A stretch of DNA of 64,000 nucleotides. Origin: an uncultured Bacteroidia bacterium. GTDB taxonomy: Bacteria; Bacteroidota; Bacteroidia; NS11-12g; UBA9320. The stretch is taken from contig CALSTB010000005.1 of assembly GCA_943789165.1 (NCBI GenBank), positions 329,412-393,411 of the forward strand, given 5' to 3'. Below the pieces are notes generated by a model. That model searched no databases and was not told where the DNA came from. It worked only from the letters and a program-made list of their open reading frames with translations. Made by a program: the position numbers and the translations under genes. Position 1 is the stretch's first letter, and every line of letters begins with the position of its first letter. Below, in pieces: positions 52,901 to 62,249 of the stretch.

Positions 52901-54279
52901 ATTATACACCAACCGTTAGTTTACCAGCAGATACCGTCTTTTGTGATGCTGTTTCATATTTCCTACAAGTGGGCAGACCTAACAATGGTGAAACTTATAA
53001 CTGGGAGGACATAACGAACTTAGTCGGCATTGGTTCTTTAGATACTATTAGCATAAACGATCCTGTCTATACCAAAATTACGATCATGAACGGTTGTGGA
53101 ACCGCTAAGGATTCCATAAAATTTGGATTATTGACAACGCCTAAAGGGAGTCCTCTAGATACCATTTACGAATGTGACGATGTTGATGAATTACTAATCA
53201 TGTCGGCTGCTAAAGCCAACAACGCTGAGGTGTATTCCTGGAATGTATCGGGTGAATCAGATTCGATGATGACAGCCAAGTCAGCAGGGAAGTTTACAGG
53301 ATATGTTCAGAATAAATGTGGTTTAGATTCTTCGCAGTTGTTTATTGTGTTGAAGCACACACCAATAGTTACATTGCCTCAGGACACAACGTACTGTAGT
53401 AGTATCAAGACCTCTTTTGATGTAACAGACCCTGATCAAGAAATGCAGTACGAATGGCAAGACAATTCAAATAATCCCACGTTCGTCGTTTCTGGTCCTG
53501 GCACCTATAGCGTAAAACTTACCAATAGATGTGGATCAGATAGCGATGAAGTTGTCTTAAGTCTGTTGCAAATTCCAACGGTCGACTTAGGTAAAGACCT
53601 TGTTTTTTGCGGTCAGGTGTCCCCAACAAATTATAAAGTTGGGTTAGAAAACAACGACGAAGGTTATTCTTGGTCGAATGGTGACATTGTTTCAACAACA
53701 AGCTTCTCTAATCCAGGAGATCATTGGGTGGTTATCACAAATAAATGTGGTACAGCCCGCGATATCGTTAACTTTAGAGTATCCGAATATCCAATTGTCG
53801 ACTTAGGTCTAGACACCATACTTTGTGGTAAATTTAGTTTGGAATTGGATGCGGGAAATCCCGGTATGACGTATAACTGGTTGCCGGACGGTGAAACAAC
53901 GCAAAAAATTAATGCAACCAAACAACAAGTGTACAGCGTTACAGTAACAAATGCAGATGGTTGCGAATCTGGCGATAATTTCGAGGTTGGCTCAGGCTGT
54001 GTCAGTTACTCACATATACCAACTGGATTTAGTCCAAATGCCGATGGGTTAAATGATGTATTCAAACCAACCCTTGTTAATTACCAAGACTTTACCATGT
54101 CCATCTACAATAGGTGGGGAGAAGAGTTGTTTAAAACTGAAGACCCTCATATGGGCTGGGATGGAACCTACAATGGAGAAGTGGTTCAAAACGGCATCTA
54201 TTTGTACTCTATTCGGTTTATTACAACGGAAGATGGGGCGTATAAAATCATGAAAGGACTGGTTCACGTAGTTCGATAG
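49966..54279 (+). CDS. T9SS type B cargo with SBBP-like beta-propeller repeats and Ig-like repeats
   Basis: N-terminal 'FRENNGQW' and 'YD...PLVIDP'. Repeated 'STYLGGS', 'G.T.S.DFPTT' and 'DAFV.K'. Repeated 'LG.DT..C' and 'Y.W'. CTD 'IPTGFSPNADG.ND.F...IYNRWGE...WDG'. Confidence 0.9.
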   Translation: MWGLKFSKCLLACVFLLQNISFASGQGTTQNESASQYQQVLNDVLVQGQLFRENNGQWDADILYQTSGNGATASFYSNKVLFSLVKDFELGNDPDNPMEARASFLNWSLSFDQSKTQGVIPSSLIERNVHYFTGKANASSQIKEYKDLCYKEVYPNTDLMFYGNPEGALKYDFIAKPGADVHNIQMTYDGVESVEVLPNGTLKLSTAWGDLFEDKPYSYQMINGVETEVSVSYVVNDKTVGFVVNEAYDKTVPLVIDPIYVDWSTYFYGDPITSTWGWNYVLDVDIDDEDYVYITGMSNNQRFYSQLGGYDTSLNGFYDAFVCKITPKGDSLKYFTYLGGSSYEYGMNVSVNSKHEVVVSGITYGGGFPTTAGAFDENGKSCSGGWCYQGFVTKLNDDGSDLIFSTYLTGTKASGFYSIDWIRGMQVTDNGKVYLVGNTSSEDFPTTSGCYQPAYGGTAATGGYYYWHQGDAFMTCLKSDGTGLVFSTYIGGSGIDVAKDVYVDESGLIYVVGQTSSGNFRTTPGASIFNKYIKGNTDAFVIKFKANGNQVEWAKLMGGTGEDNFESIYATETGDPFIAGSTTSADFPTTAKAYKRSHGGGYDAVVVKMISAGTNVYYSTYLGGSNDDGYSWNYPFFSPLSITANVRDEAIVAATSRSTDFPTTSDAIQPKSKLTTSGFYGSMTITKLDFDGAKQLYGTYYGGSRGEFPGGVRAKRVGCVTYILSAGNSFSGDYPTTKGVYKDSLGTSGSFWTGFVTKFRDTLYTEPIELGFKDTFVECDNVFEIFDAKNQGADFTWSDGSSNRFNIAKDSGLIWVQATYGCDTVRDSVQILLEHSPKVPVFGNDTTFCDNFPSLTLDAKNDTIIRSYLWHNGDTTQKVSINAPGKYYVDIITPNCGTKTDTINFKLLDTPVVNLYSDTISCDSVRLVLDAGNANNEATYKWNTGDSVQAITAMDTGLYKVVVSNFCGIDSSQKHITQHYTPTVSLPADTVFCDAVSYFLQVGRPNNGETYNWEDITNLVGIGSLDTISINDPVYTKITIMNGCGTAKDSIKFGLLTTPKGSPLDTIYECDDVDELLIMSAAKANNAEVYSWNVSGESDSMMTAKSAGKFTGYVQNKCGLDSSQLFIVLKHTPIVTLPQDTTYCSSIKTSFDVTDPDQEMQYEWQDNSNNPTFVVSGPGTYSVKLTNRCGSDSDEVVLSLLQIPTVDLGKDLVFCGQVSPTNYKVGLENNDEGYSWSNGDIVSTTSFSNPGDHWVVITNKCGTARDIVNFRVSEYPIVDLGLDTILCGKFSLELDAGNPGMTYNWLPDGETTQKINATKQQVYSVTVTNADGCESGDNFEVGSGCVSYSHIPTGFSPNADGLNDVFKPTLVNYQDFTMSIYNRWGEELFKTEDPHMGWDGTYNGEVVQNGIYLYSIRFITTEDGAYKIMKGLVHVVR

Positions 54280-54302
54280 ATTGACCTATTTTTGGCATTG
54301 CA

Positions 54303-56195
54303 TTGCCAGCAGAAATATTACAGAAATTTTGGGGTTATCCTGGTTTTAGAGACAAACAGGAAGAAATTATTCGCTCGGTTTTATCGAAAACGGATACACT
54401 TGCGTTGTTGCCTACAGGCGGCGGCAAATCGATTTGCTACCAGGTTCCTGCGCTCATGGTGGATGGCGTTTGCATTGTCGTTTCACCGTTGATTGCCTTA
54501 ATGCGTGATCAGGTTGCCCAACTTAAAAATCGCGGTATTTCAGCTACCTATTTGTATGGTGGTTTATCTAAAAAAGAAATCGCCATTGAGTTACAGAACA
54601 TTCGTAACAACAAGTATAAATTGGTGTATGTGTCTCCCGAGAGACTTCAATCCAAAGCGTTCCTCCAAAATGTGAAGCGCACTAAGGTCAGTTTTTTGGC
54701 TGTTGATGAAGCACATTGTATCTCTCAGTGGGGCCACGATTTTAGGCCTGAGTTCCGACAAATTGCGACTATTAGAGAAAGTTTGCCGGATGTAACCATT
54801 TTGGCTTTAACGGCTTCAGCCACGACGGCTGTGGTAGATGACATCGTAAGTCAACTTGGTTTGTCAGAACCAACCATCGTTAGAAAAAGCTTTTATCGTG
54901 AAAACCTGACATACAAGGTGCAGTACGATGAGAACAAAAGGCAAAGTCTCTTAAAGTTAGCAAAGGCAAAACCTGGTTCTGGTGTTGTGTATACGAGAAC
55001 ACGTCGGAGAACGATTGAAATTGCGAACCTGTTAAAATCAAAAGGAGTAAGCGCTGATTACTATCATGGAGGTTTGACCAATCAGGAACGTAACCTTAAA
55101 CAAGATCGTTGGACTAAAAACGAATCTAGAGTGATGGTGGCTACCAATGCTTTTGGTATGGGCATAGACAAGCCCGATGTGCGGTTTGTAGCGCATTACG
55201 ACATGCCCGACAGTTTGGAAGCCTATTACCAAGAAGCGGGCAGGGCTGGTCGCGACGGGAAGCCAAGTACATGTGTTTTGTTTTATGATGAAGGCGATAT
55301 TCTCCAGTTAAGAAGCTTTGTGAACAATCAGTTTCCGACAATGGAACGCGTTCAACAGGTGTATACTGGAATTTGCAATTACTTCGAATTGGCCTATCAC
55401 AGTGGCTTGGAAGCGCGTTTCGACTTTGATTTGGTTGATTTTTGCAACAAGTTTGAGTTGCCTGCTGTAGAAGTATATGCTTCTATTAAGGTGTTGCAAA
55501 AGCTGGGATATATTCATATGTCGGAAGGATTTTACCGACCCTCAAAATTGAAGATTGATATATCCAGTACGGTTTTGTATGATTTCCAGCTGAAGAATGT
55601 GGGCATGGACAAGTTGATAAAAACCATTTTACGTTCTTATGCTGGGGTATATGATTTTTATACTGTAATCAACGAAAATCAACTGGCGCAGCGGAGTCAC
55701 TTACCACTTAGTCAGGTAGTTTCTAAATTGAAAATTTTGAACGACTTAAAAGTCTTGACCTATCAACCTGCTAGTGAAAAACCATTTTTGACGTTCTTAT
55801 CTGCAAGGGTTCAAGAAATTAAAGACACTGAAGGCATTGTTAAAGAAAATCAATTGAGAACCTTAAATAGATTAGAGGCAATGATTGGATATGTGGAGGG
55901 GGAGATGTGTCGGTCGACCTTAATCTGTCAGTATTTTGGTGAGGACCAGCCGGAAATATGTGGCATGTGTGACGTTTGTTTGTTGAAGTCCAAGCTGAAA
56001 ATTAGTCAGACAGAATTCATTGAAATAGAAAAACACATTGAACTTAGCCTGACCGCTAAACCCTTATTGATTGAAGACCTTATGACGGTGTCAGAAAGTT
56101 ATGATCAAGAGACCGTTTTAGCTGTTTTACGCTGGTTAATCTCTGATAATAAGGTAATCACCGACAAAAGTGGATATTTGCGCTTCGAAAAGTGA
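54303..56195 (+). CDS. recQ: RecQ family DNA helicase (no HRDC domain evident)
   Basis: 'LPTGGGKS.CYQ', 'DEAHCISQWGHDFRP', 'TASAT', 'ATNAFGMGIDK', 'YYQEAGRAGRDG' and zinc motif 'CR...YFGE....CG.CD.C'. Confidence 0.95.
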   Translation: MPAEILQKFWGYPGFRDKQEEIIRSVLSKTDTLALLPTGGGKSICYQVPALMVDGVCIVVSPLIALMRDQVAQLKNRGISATYLYGGLSKKEIAIELQNIRNNKYKLVYVSPERLQSKAFLQNVKRTKVSFLAVDEAHCISQWGHDFRPEFRQIATIRESLPDVTILALTASATTAVVDDIVSQLGLSEPTIVRKSFYRENLTYKVQYDENKRQSLLKLAKAKPGSGVVYTRTRRRTIEIANLLKSKGVSADYYHGGLTNQERNLKQDRWTKNESRVMVATNAFGMGIDKPDVRFVAHYDMPDSLEAYYQEAGRAGRDGKPSTCVLFYDEGDILQLRSFVNNQFPTMERVQQVYTGICNYFELAYHSGLEARFDFDLVDFCNKFELPAVEVYASIKVLQKLGYIHMSEGFYRPSKLKIDISSTVLYDFQLKNVGMDKLIKTILRSYAGVYDFYTVINENQLAQRSHLPLSQVVSKLKILNDLKVLTYQPASEKPFLTFLSARVQEIKDTEGIVKENQLRTLNRLEAMIGYVEGEMCRSTLICQYFGEDQPEICGMCDVCLLKSKLKISQTEFIEIEKHIELSLTAKPLLIEDLMTVSESYDQETVLAVLRWLISDNKVITDKSGYLRFEK

Positions 56196-57280
56196 GTAAG
56201 ATAATTTGTACGGTTACCAACGACTTGGTCTATGATCAAAGAATGATTCGAATATGCAATTCGCTTCAGAAAGCTGGCAACGAGGTCATTTTGGTGGGGC
56301 GACAGTTAAAGAATAGTCCGGAGTTAAAACCACAGAACTTTCGTCAACATCGTGTTCATTGCTGGTTTCACACAGGACCATTGTTCTATTTCGAAATGAA
56401 CATTCGTTTGTTTTTCTATGTAGTAGGTTGTAATCCACATATTCTTAATTCTGCCGATGTCGACACAGTGATGGCAGGTTTGTGGTACCGAAAGCTTACA
56501 AAGTTTAAATGGGTGTTTGATGCCCATGAGCATTTTACTGAAGTGCCAGAGGTGACTGATAGAAAAATGGTGAAGGCAATTTGGGCGTGGGTGGAGCTGA
56601 AAGTCTTTAAAAAAGCCCATTCTTTTTACACTGTAAGTGCTTCGATTGCAGAAATCTTTCAAAAAAAATACAAAAAAAACGTTGAGGTAATAAGAAACGT
56701 TCCTTTACTTCGTTATAAGAATGTCGTAAAGCCTCAATCGGATTTTTCTGAAAAAGGTTTTTTAATTTATCAAGGAGCGTTGAATGAAGGTCGATGTATC
56801 GAACTTTATATCAAAGCCATGCACCAAATTGAAGCTCAACTTGTATTGGTTGGTGAAGGAGATTTGAGTGACCAGTTACGTCTGTTGGTTTCAACAGAAA
56901 AGCTGGAGCACAAGGTAACTTTTTTGGGAAAGATTTCCCCTGGAGATTTACGACATATCACGCAAAACGCACTGATGGGTTTAAATGTTCTGGAAAATAA
57001 GGGAATGAGTTACTACTACTCTTTGAGTAATAAGTGCTTCGATTATGTCCATTCATTTGTCCCCTCTATCAGTAGTAATTTCCCAGAGTACACTAGGTTG
57101 AATGAAGAGTTTGAAGTCATGGTTTTGACTGAGCCAACTCTCGAAGGAGTTGTAAATTCTATCAAGGAATTACAATCAAATCAAGAATTGTATCTTCGCC
57201 TGCAGAAAAATTGTCAGGCCGCAGCAACTAAGTGGAACTGGGAGCAAGAAGAAATCAAGTTGTTGGCGCAATATGAGTAA
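56192..57280 (+). CDS. GT4 family glycosyltransferase
   Basis: 'V.NDL..DQR', 'DAHE.F', 'YQGALN.GR' and 'NK.FDY'. Confidence 0.88.
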   Translation: MSKIICTVTNDLVYDQRMIRICNSLQKAGNEVILVGRQLKNSPELKPQNFRQHRVHCWFHTGPLFYFEMNIRLFFYVVGCNPHILNSADVDTVMAGLWYRKLTKFKWVFDAHEHFTEVPEVTDRKMVKAIWAWVELKVFKKAHSFYTVSASIAEIFQKKYKKNVEVIRNVPLLRYKNVVKPQSDFSEKGFLIYQGALNEGRCIELYIKAMHQIEAQLVLVGEGDLSDQLRLLVSTEKLEHKVTFLGKISPGDLRHITQNALMGLNVLENKGMSYYYSLSNKCFDYVHSFVPSISSNFPEYTRLNEEFEVMVLTEPTLEGVVNSIKELQSNQELYLRLQKNCQAAATKWNWEQEEIKLLAQYE

Positions 57281-58430
57281 AAAAAGTAATCACCTGCACG
57301 TCATTTCATTTGACGTACCGTACCCTGCCAATTATGGCGGCGTAATCGACATTTATTATAAACTGGTTGCCTTATCGGAATCTGGTGTGAAGATTCATTT
57401 ACACTGTTACCAATATGGAAGGGCAGAAAGTGCTATGCTAAAAGGCGTATGTCACAGTGTAACCTATTACCGTCGAAAGGTGTTTAAGAATCCGATTTAC
57501 AACACCAAGCCATATATCGTTGCTTCTAGGAACTCCACCGCTTTGATAGAGAATTTGTTGAAGGACAAACATCCAATCTTATTTGAAGGGCTACATTCGA
57601 CTTACTATCTGGCTGACAGTCGTTTAAAGAATCGATTCAAGGTGGTGAGAACGCATAACATTGAACATCATTATTATCGACATTTAGAGAAAGTCGAAAA
57701 CAATCGATTCAAACGATACTTCTTCAAAGTGGAATCTGAGCGTTTGAAGAAATACGAAAGGGTCCTAAAACATGCAAATTGTATCGCAGCGATTTCACCC
57801 AACGACCATAATTACCTCAACAAAAAATATGGCAACGCCATTTTGTTATCGCCGTTTCACGTCAATAGTACCGTCTCAGTAGAAAAAGGCAAAGGCGATT
57901 TTATCCTGTATCACGGCAACTTGTCGGTTGGTGAAAACAATGAAGCTGCTTTGTATTTGTTGCGCAATGTGTTAAATGATCCTAAGTATCCCGTGGTTAT
58001 TGCGGGTAACGACCCTTCGCAAGAGTTAAAAGACAAGGTGTCAAAAATGGACCATGTGTCGCTTCAAAGCGGTATAACCTCAGAAGAGATAAACCATTTA
58101 ATATCAGATGCTCATATCAACATTTTGTACACCAATCAGGCGACTGGAATTAAATTGAAGCTGTTGAACGCACTGTTCATGGGCCGTCATTGTATTGCCA
58201 ATGCCAAAATGATTTCCAATACGGGTTTGGCAGATTTGTGTATCCAAGCGGATAATGCGAAATCGTTTAAACAAGCTATTGCGGCTTGTTGGAATGAGGC
58301 AATAGACGACGAAGCAATCGACAATAGAGCTCAAGTATTAGAAGAGCGATTTGATAATCAAAAGAACATTCAACCTTTGTTGGAAAAACTGTTTGGTCCT
58401 AAAGTAGCTGCTGAAAAAACAAAGGCTTAA
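57273..58430 (+). CDS. GT4-like glycosyltransferase
   Basis: 'PYPANYGGVID', 'R.HNIEH.YY', 'YHGNL.V.EN' and 'TG.KLKLLNAL'. Confidence 0.85.
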   Translation: MSKKSNHLHVISFDVPYPANYGGVIDIYYKLVALSESGVKIHLHCYQYGRAESAMLKGVCHSVTYYRRKVFKNPIYNTKPYIVASRNSTALIENLLKDKHPILFEGLHSTYYLADSRLKNRFKVVRTHNIEHHYYRHLEKVENNRFKRYFFKVESERLKKYERVLKHANCIAAISPNDHNYLNKKYGNAILLSPFHVNSTVSVEKGKGDFILYHGNLSVGENNEAALYLLRNVLNDPKYPVVIAGNDPSQELKDKVSKMDHVSLQSGITSEEINHLISDAHINILYTNQATGIKLKLLNALFMGRHCIANAKMISNTGLADLCIQADNAKSFKQAIAACWNEAIDDEAIDNRAQVLEERFDNQKNIQPLLEKLFGPKVAAEKTKA

Positions 58431-59068
58431 TCCACCAAGCCCATTTGTACTGCATATTTGACCAAACCTGCGGCACTTCGAACGCCAAGTTTGCTAATTA
58501 AATTTTTACGATGTGATTCGACGGTATGTGGACTGATAAACAATTTTTCCGCGATTTCGGAAGTGGTAAACTCTTGGGCAATTAAGGCCAACACCTCTTT
58601 TTCACGATCTGTAATATCCACTTCGCCGTATTCCGATTCCACTTTTCTCTTTTGTTGGAAACCTTCCATGATGCGTTGCGTCACTTCCGGACTGTAATAC
58701 GTCTTTCCCCCAACAACAGTCTCAATGGCAGTTTGTAGTTCTTCAATGCCTGTATTTTTCAATACATACCCACTGGCGCCCGCTTTTAACAGTTTCTCAA
58801 TGTGGTTGCGGGAATCGTGCATGGTTAGCATTAGGACTTTAATGTCAGGATAATGTTTCACCACGTGTTTGGTCGCTTCTAAGCCATTCATTTTAGGCAT
58901 ACTCATATCCATCAGAATAGCATCGACTTTCGTATCGGCAAGCACATCGATTAAATCAATTCCGTTGTTCGCTTCTCCGACCACATTAATGTTAGGCATC
59001 GATTGTATCAGTCCTTTGATACCGTCGATGAACATCTGATGATCGTCTACAATAATTACTTTAATCAT
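58427..59068 (-). CDS. NarL/LuxR family response regulator
   Basis: 'VDDHQ', 'MD.SMP..NG', 'LTM', 'GYVLK' and LuxR HTH 'T.RE.EVL...EIAEKLFIS..TV..HRKN'. ATG 59068 overlaps the kinase stop. Confidence 0.95.
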   Translation of the reverse strand: MIKVIIVDDHQMFIDGIKGLIQSMPNINVVGEANNGIDLIDVLADTKVDAILMDMSMPKMNGLEATKHVVKHYPDIKVLMLTMHDSRNHIEKLLKAGASGYVLKNTGIEELQTAIETVVGGKTYYSPEVTQRIMEGFQQKRKVESEYGEVDITDREKEVLALIAQEFTTSEIAEKLFISPHTVESHRKNLISKLGVRSAAGLVKYAVQMGLVD

Positions 59069-61001
59069 GTTGCTTTTCAATAGGTACTTCTAAAATTACC
59101 GTGGTTCCTCTACCAACATACGAATCTATGTGTAAGGTACCACCAATTTTCTCGGCTCGTTTTTCTAAGTTCACTAAGCCTAAACCTCCGGATTTCTTTT
59201 TTGCTTGAAGGTCAAAACCAGTTCCATTGTCTTCAATGTGCATGTTTATTTCGTCCTCTAAACGGTTTATCTGAATGTCGATGACAGATGCTTTTGCGTG
59301 CTTAATGGTGTTGTTTACAGCCTCTTGAACAATGCGATAAATCTCAATCTCGATATGTACAGGTAAGTTTTGGTCCATTTTGTGGCTCTTGAAATTACAT
59401 CGAATCTTACCTGTCTGGTTTAATCCATCACACAATTCTTCCAAGCTCTTAACCAACCCAAAACTGGCCACCATTCCGGTACCAAGGTTGTGAGAGATGC
59501 GGCGAACTTCAACACACGCATGATCGATTAGATCTGTGGCTTTTTCATACTGTAGTTTGTTTTCTTCCTGGGCCTTATCAATTTTATCACCTAGTGAACT
59601 AAACATGAGCTTAATGGTCGATAGCATGCTGCCAAGTCGGTCATGGAGGTCGGTTGAAATCCGAAGCCGTTCTTCTTCCTGTCCTTCTAACATGGCATTG
59701 TAGGTTTTGATTTCTTGTTCATCTAGTAGGGTTTCAATTTTTTGTTGTGCAATTAGTTCATTGCGATGCGCCAGTCTATTGCGTTGTACGTAATAAAAGC
59801 CTAAAACAAATAATCCTAGGGAAAGTGCGATGGTGCCAGCAATCAAATACTTCTTCTGCGCAGCTTTGGTTTTATTCTCTTGGTCTAGCAGTACTATTTG
59901 TTGTTCTTTTTTCTCTGTTTCATATTTTGTTTGCATTTCAGCCAAGCTCGACACCTTGTTTGCGTCCAATAAAGAGTCGCTTAATACGGAAAAACGTTGT
60001 TGGTAAACAAACGCCTGTTGGTAATTCCCTTTTTTATAGGCAACATCGGCCAATACTTCATAAATCGATACTGACTGTTCGACATCGCCTTGGTCTTGGG
60101 ACAACGCCAACGCATTCGTTAAATAGTACTCAGCACTATCCAATTGCTCAAGTTTGTTGTAGGTGCTACCAATGTTGAATTGGACAACACTTAGGTCTTC
60201 CATAAAACCTAAGCGTGTATAAATTCCCATTGATTCAATAAAATATGAAAGGGCTTCATCAACTTGTTTCATGTTGATATAACACACCGCAATGTTTTCG
60301 TTACATAAAGCGGTTTCATGAATGTTGCCCATTTCCTTATTAAGCCTGAGAGACTTCGAGTAACTGACTAATGCTTGAGCATATCGTCGAATATTAAAAT
60401 AATAGGCACCGTAGCCTGAATGTACCCGAGCTAAACTATGAGGATTGAGGATATTATTGGCAAGAGACAAACCCTTTGATAGGTAAAACTCTGACTTATC
60501 AAGATAACCATAATCTAAGTTTAGTAATCCAAGGTCAACATAGCTAGAGATAATCAGACTTGTGTCCTGAGTTTTTTCTGCGAGTTTTGATTTTTGAATT
60601 AAAAGGCTCATTGCTGAGTCTGTCATACCACGTTTGTTGTAAACACTGGATAGCACTCCAGCCGTTCCAGCAGCACCACTATGGTCTTTTAACGTCTTAC
60701 GTATTTGCCAGGCCTCATTTAAATATAAAGCGGCAGAATCCAGTTGCCCTTTGGCCTGATAAATGCTTCCCAATCTTTGAGAACCATAGGCAACACCTCT
60801 TTCCCAATTAATCTTTAACGATTCAGCCCGAACACGATATGAAATGTTCAGGGCAGAATCAGGTAATTGAGTTTGAATTTGAAAAGCGTGTTGCGCGTTT
60901 TTAAAAATAACACTAGTGTCAATATCGCATTTTCCTATATGCCAGGTTAAAACTAGAAAACAACATGTGACTATTGTTTTACGCATAAATCTTTGTGTCA
61001 C
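59061..61001 (-). CDS. TPR-repeat sensor histidine kinase (HisKA_3)
   Basis: Signal peptide, periplasmic TPR repeats, 'KYETEKKE' coiled coil, a TM helix, 'E.ER.RI..DLHD', 'YRIVQE..NN..KHA', 'DNG.GF' and 'GLGL'. Confidence 0.93.
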   Translation of the reverse strand: MTQRFMRKTIVTCCFLVLTWHIGKCDIDTSVIFKNAQHAFQIQTQLPDSALNISYRVRAESLKINWERGVAYGSQRLGSIYQAKGQLDSAALYLNEAWQIRKTLKDHSGAAGTAGVLSSVYNKRGMTDSAMSLLIQKSKLAEKTQDTSLIISSYVDLGLLNLDYGYLDKSEFYLSKGLSLANNILNPHSLARVHSGYGAYYFNIRRYAQALVSYSKSLRLNKEMGNIHETALCNENIAVCYINMKQVDEALSYFIESMGIYTRLGFMEDLSVVQFNIGSTYNKLEQLDSAEYYLTNALALSQDQGDVEQSVSIYEVLADVAYKKGNYQQAFVYQQRFSVLSDSLLDANKVSSLAEMQTKYETEKKEQQIVLLDQENKTKAAQKKYLIAGTIALSLGLFVLGFYYVQRNRLAHRNELIAQQKIETLLDEQEIKTYNAMLEGQEEERLRISTDLHDRLGSMLSTIKLMFSSLGDKIDKAQEENKLQYEKATDLIDHACVEVRRISHNLGTGMVASFGLVKSLEELCDGLNQTGKIRCNFKSHKMDQNLPVHIEIEIYRIVQEAVNNTIKHAKASVIDIQINRLEDEINMHIEDNGTGFDLQAKKKSGGLGLVNLEKRAEKIGGTLHIDSYVGRGTTVILEVPIEKQHD

Positions 61002-61714
61002 GAACCTTGTAGAGGCACTTCAGGATAGACAAAATATTCTGCTGCTTCTGGATTTATGATACCAATTCTTTCGGCAAGTTCTGCTTGGGTTGCAGGATTT
61101 GAAACATCTAAAGGTAGCATGATTGCTGAGGCATTCTTTACCCCATGGTTCGTTGTGCTCTGGGCCGTAGTACAATTGATAACAGTTCCATTTGTTTCGG
61201 CGTTTAATCTAAGCTCGTCTTCTGGGTTGGTGTTGGCAATGATGAAAACAAACTTTTGCAGTGAACTACTCGGATTTTGTGGTTGATTCGCTAAAACCAC
61301 ACATCTTGGTTGGTATAACTCATAATGTGGGTCGTCCATCGTTTTGTCAGCAGACTTATTCACCTTACCAATTGACTTTTCATCGCCATTACCTGAATTG
61401 TATATTTTAACATAATCTGGAATGATAGGTTGTCCATTTGGGTCCATAGTCGGAAAGAACATTTCTAAATGGTATGAACTAACTGTATTGGTCGTAATAG
61501 GGTTTTGGTCGTTGTACGAATAGGAATATACAACCGTAACAATATCATTACCCTCAGGATCCGTATGGGTATTATACGATTCTTGGTTAATGGTTACCCC
61601 AGCAGGGGAGTCGTATAATTCTACGCAAGCAAGTATGTAGTGATAGGTAGGGTTGTCATAATCTACAATGTGATAAGTGCCTACTCTAATCGGTGCGGTT
61701 CCCATGTTTTCCAT
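60998..61714 (-). CDS. Hypothetical protein translationally coupled to the TPR kinase
   Basis: 238-aa ORF whose stop overlaps the kinase start (GTGA). It has its own TAGATTTG box (61747-61754, minus strand). No motif recognised. Confidence 0.75.
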   Translation of the reverse strand: MENMGTAPIRVGTYHIVDYDNPTYHYILACVELYDSPAGVTINQESYNTHTDPEGNDIVTVVYSYSYNDQNPITTNTVSSYHLEMFFPTMDPNGQPIIPDYVKIYNSGNGDEKSIGKVNKSADKTMDDPHYELYQPRCVVLANQPQNPSSSLQKFVFIIANTNPEDELRLNAETNGTVINCTTAQSTTNHGVKNASAIMLPLDVSNPATQAELAERIGIINPEAAEYFVYPEVPLQGS

Positions 61715-61764
61715 AATGTCTAAATCTTAGTTTTTTTTTAGTTTCCCAAATCTAATGATTTTAA

Positions 61765-62145
61765 CTAATCGTTCTCGGTTTGAGCAATATTCATGTTTTC
61801 TGGAGATTCACAGGTGGTCGAGTATTGTGTTCCGTCCATGCACACTACTGTAACTTTATAAGTAGCTAAATAATTGATAGTATCTAAATCCTCATACATA
61901 TATACTTTGCTATGGTATGTAGACCCTGCAGCTGGTTGTGACGCAATTCTTTCAAATGTGATACCATCGAGGCTTCTCTCAAAGACAAAGTAACTTGTGT
62001 TAACCTCGTTGGTTGATTCCCATTTAACAATGGTTATGCCATCTTCTATCGATGTGCTCACTTGAAGTTGGTTAGAAATTCCTTGGGCACAAATGATTTG
62101 ACTCATTGTGAAAAGTAAAGCGAAAGTGAATGTAAGTGTTTTCAT
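61765..62145 (-). CDS. Small secreted protein with a single FnIII/Ig-like domain
   Basis: Signal peptide, then 'V.W....E.N...F..ERS.DG..F..I....A.G......Y.Y.D'. This module usually precedes a T9SS CTD, but no CTD follows here. Confidence 0.8.
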   Translation of the reverse strand: MKTLTFTFALLFTMSQIICAQGISNQLQVSTSIEDGITIVKWESTNEVNTSYFVFERSLDGITFERIASQPAAGSTYHSKVYMYEDLDTINYLATYKVTVVCMDGTQYSTTCESPENMNIAQTEND

Positions 62146-62229
62146 ATCTGTGTGTTTTTAATGTTTTTGACAACACAAAGATGCGAGCGCAAAAAGGCGA
62201 TTTCTTAACGGTTATCCGTGAAAAGCCAA

Positions 62230-62249
62230 TATCCCTGATTTCAGGGATA
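62230..62249. promoter_or_regulatory. Perfect palindromic putative operator
   Basis: TATCCCTGA-TT-TCAGGGATA. A related half-site TATCCGTGA lies at 62213-62221. Both sit between divergent promoters. Confidence 0.65.
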
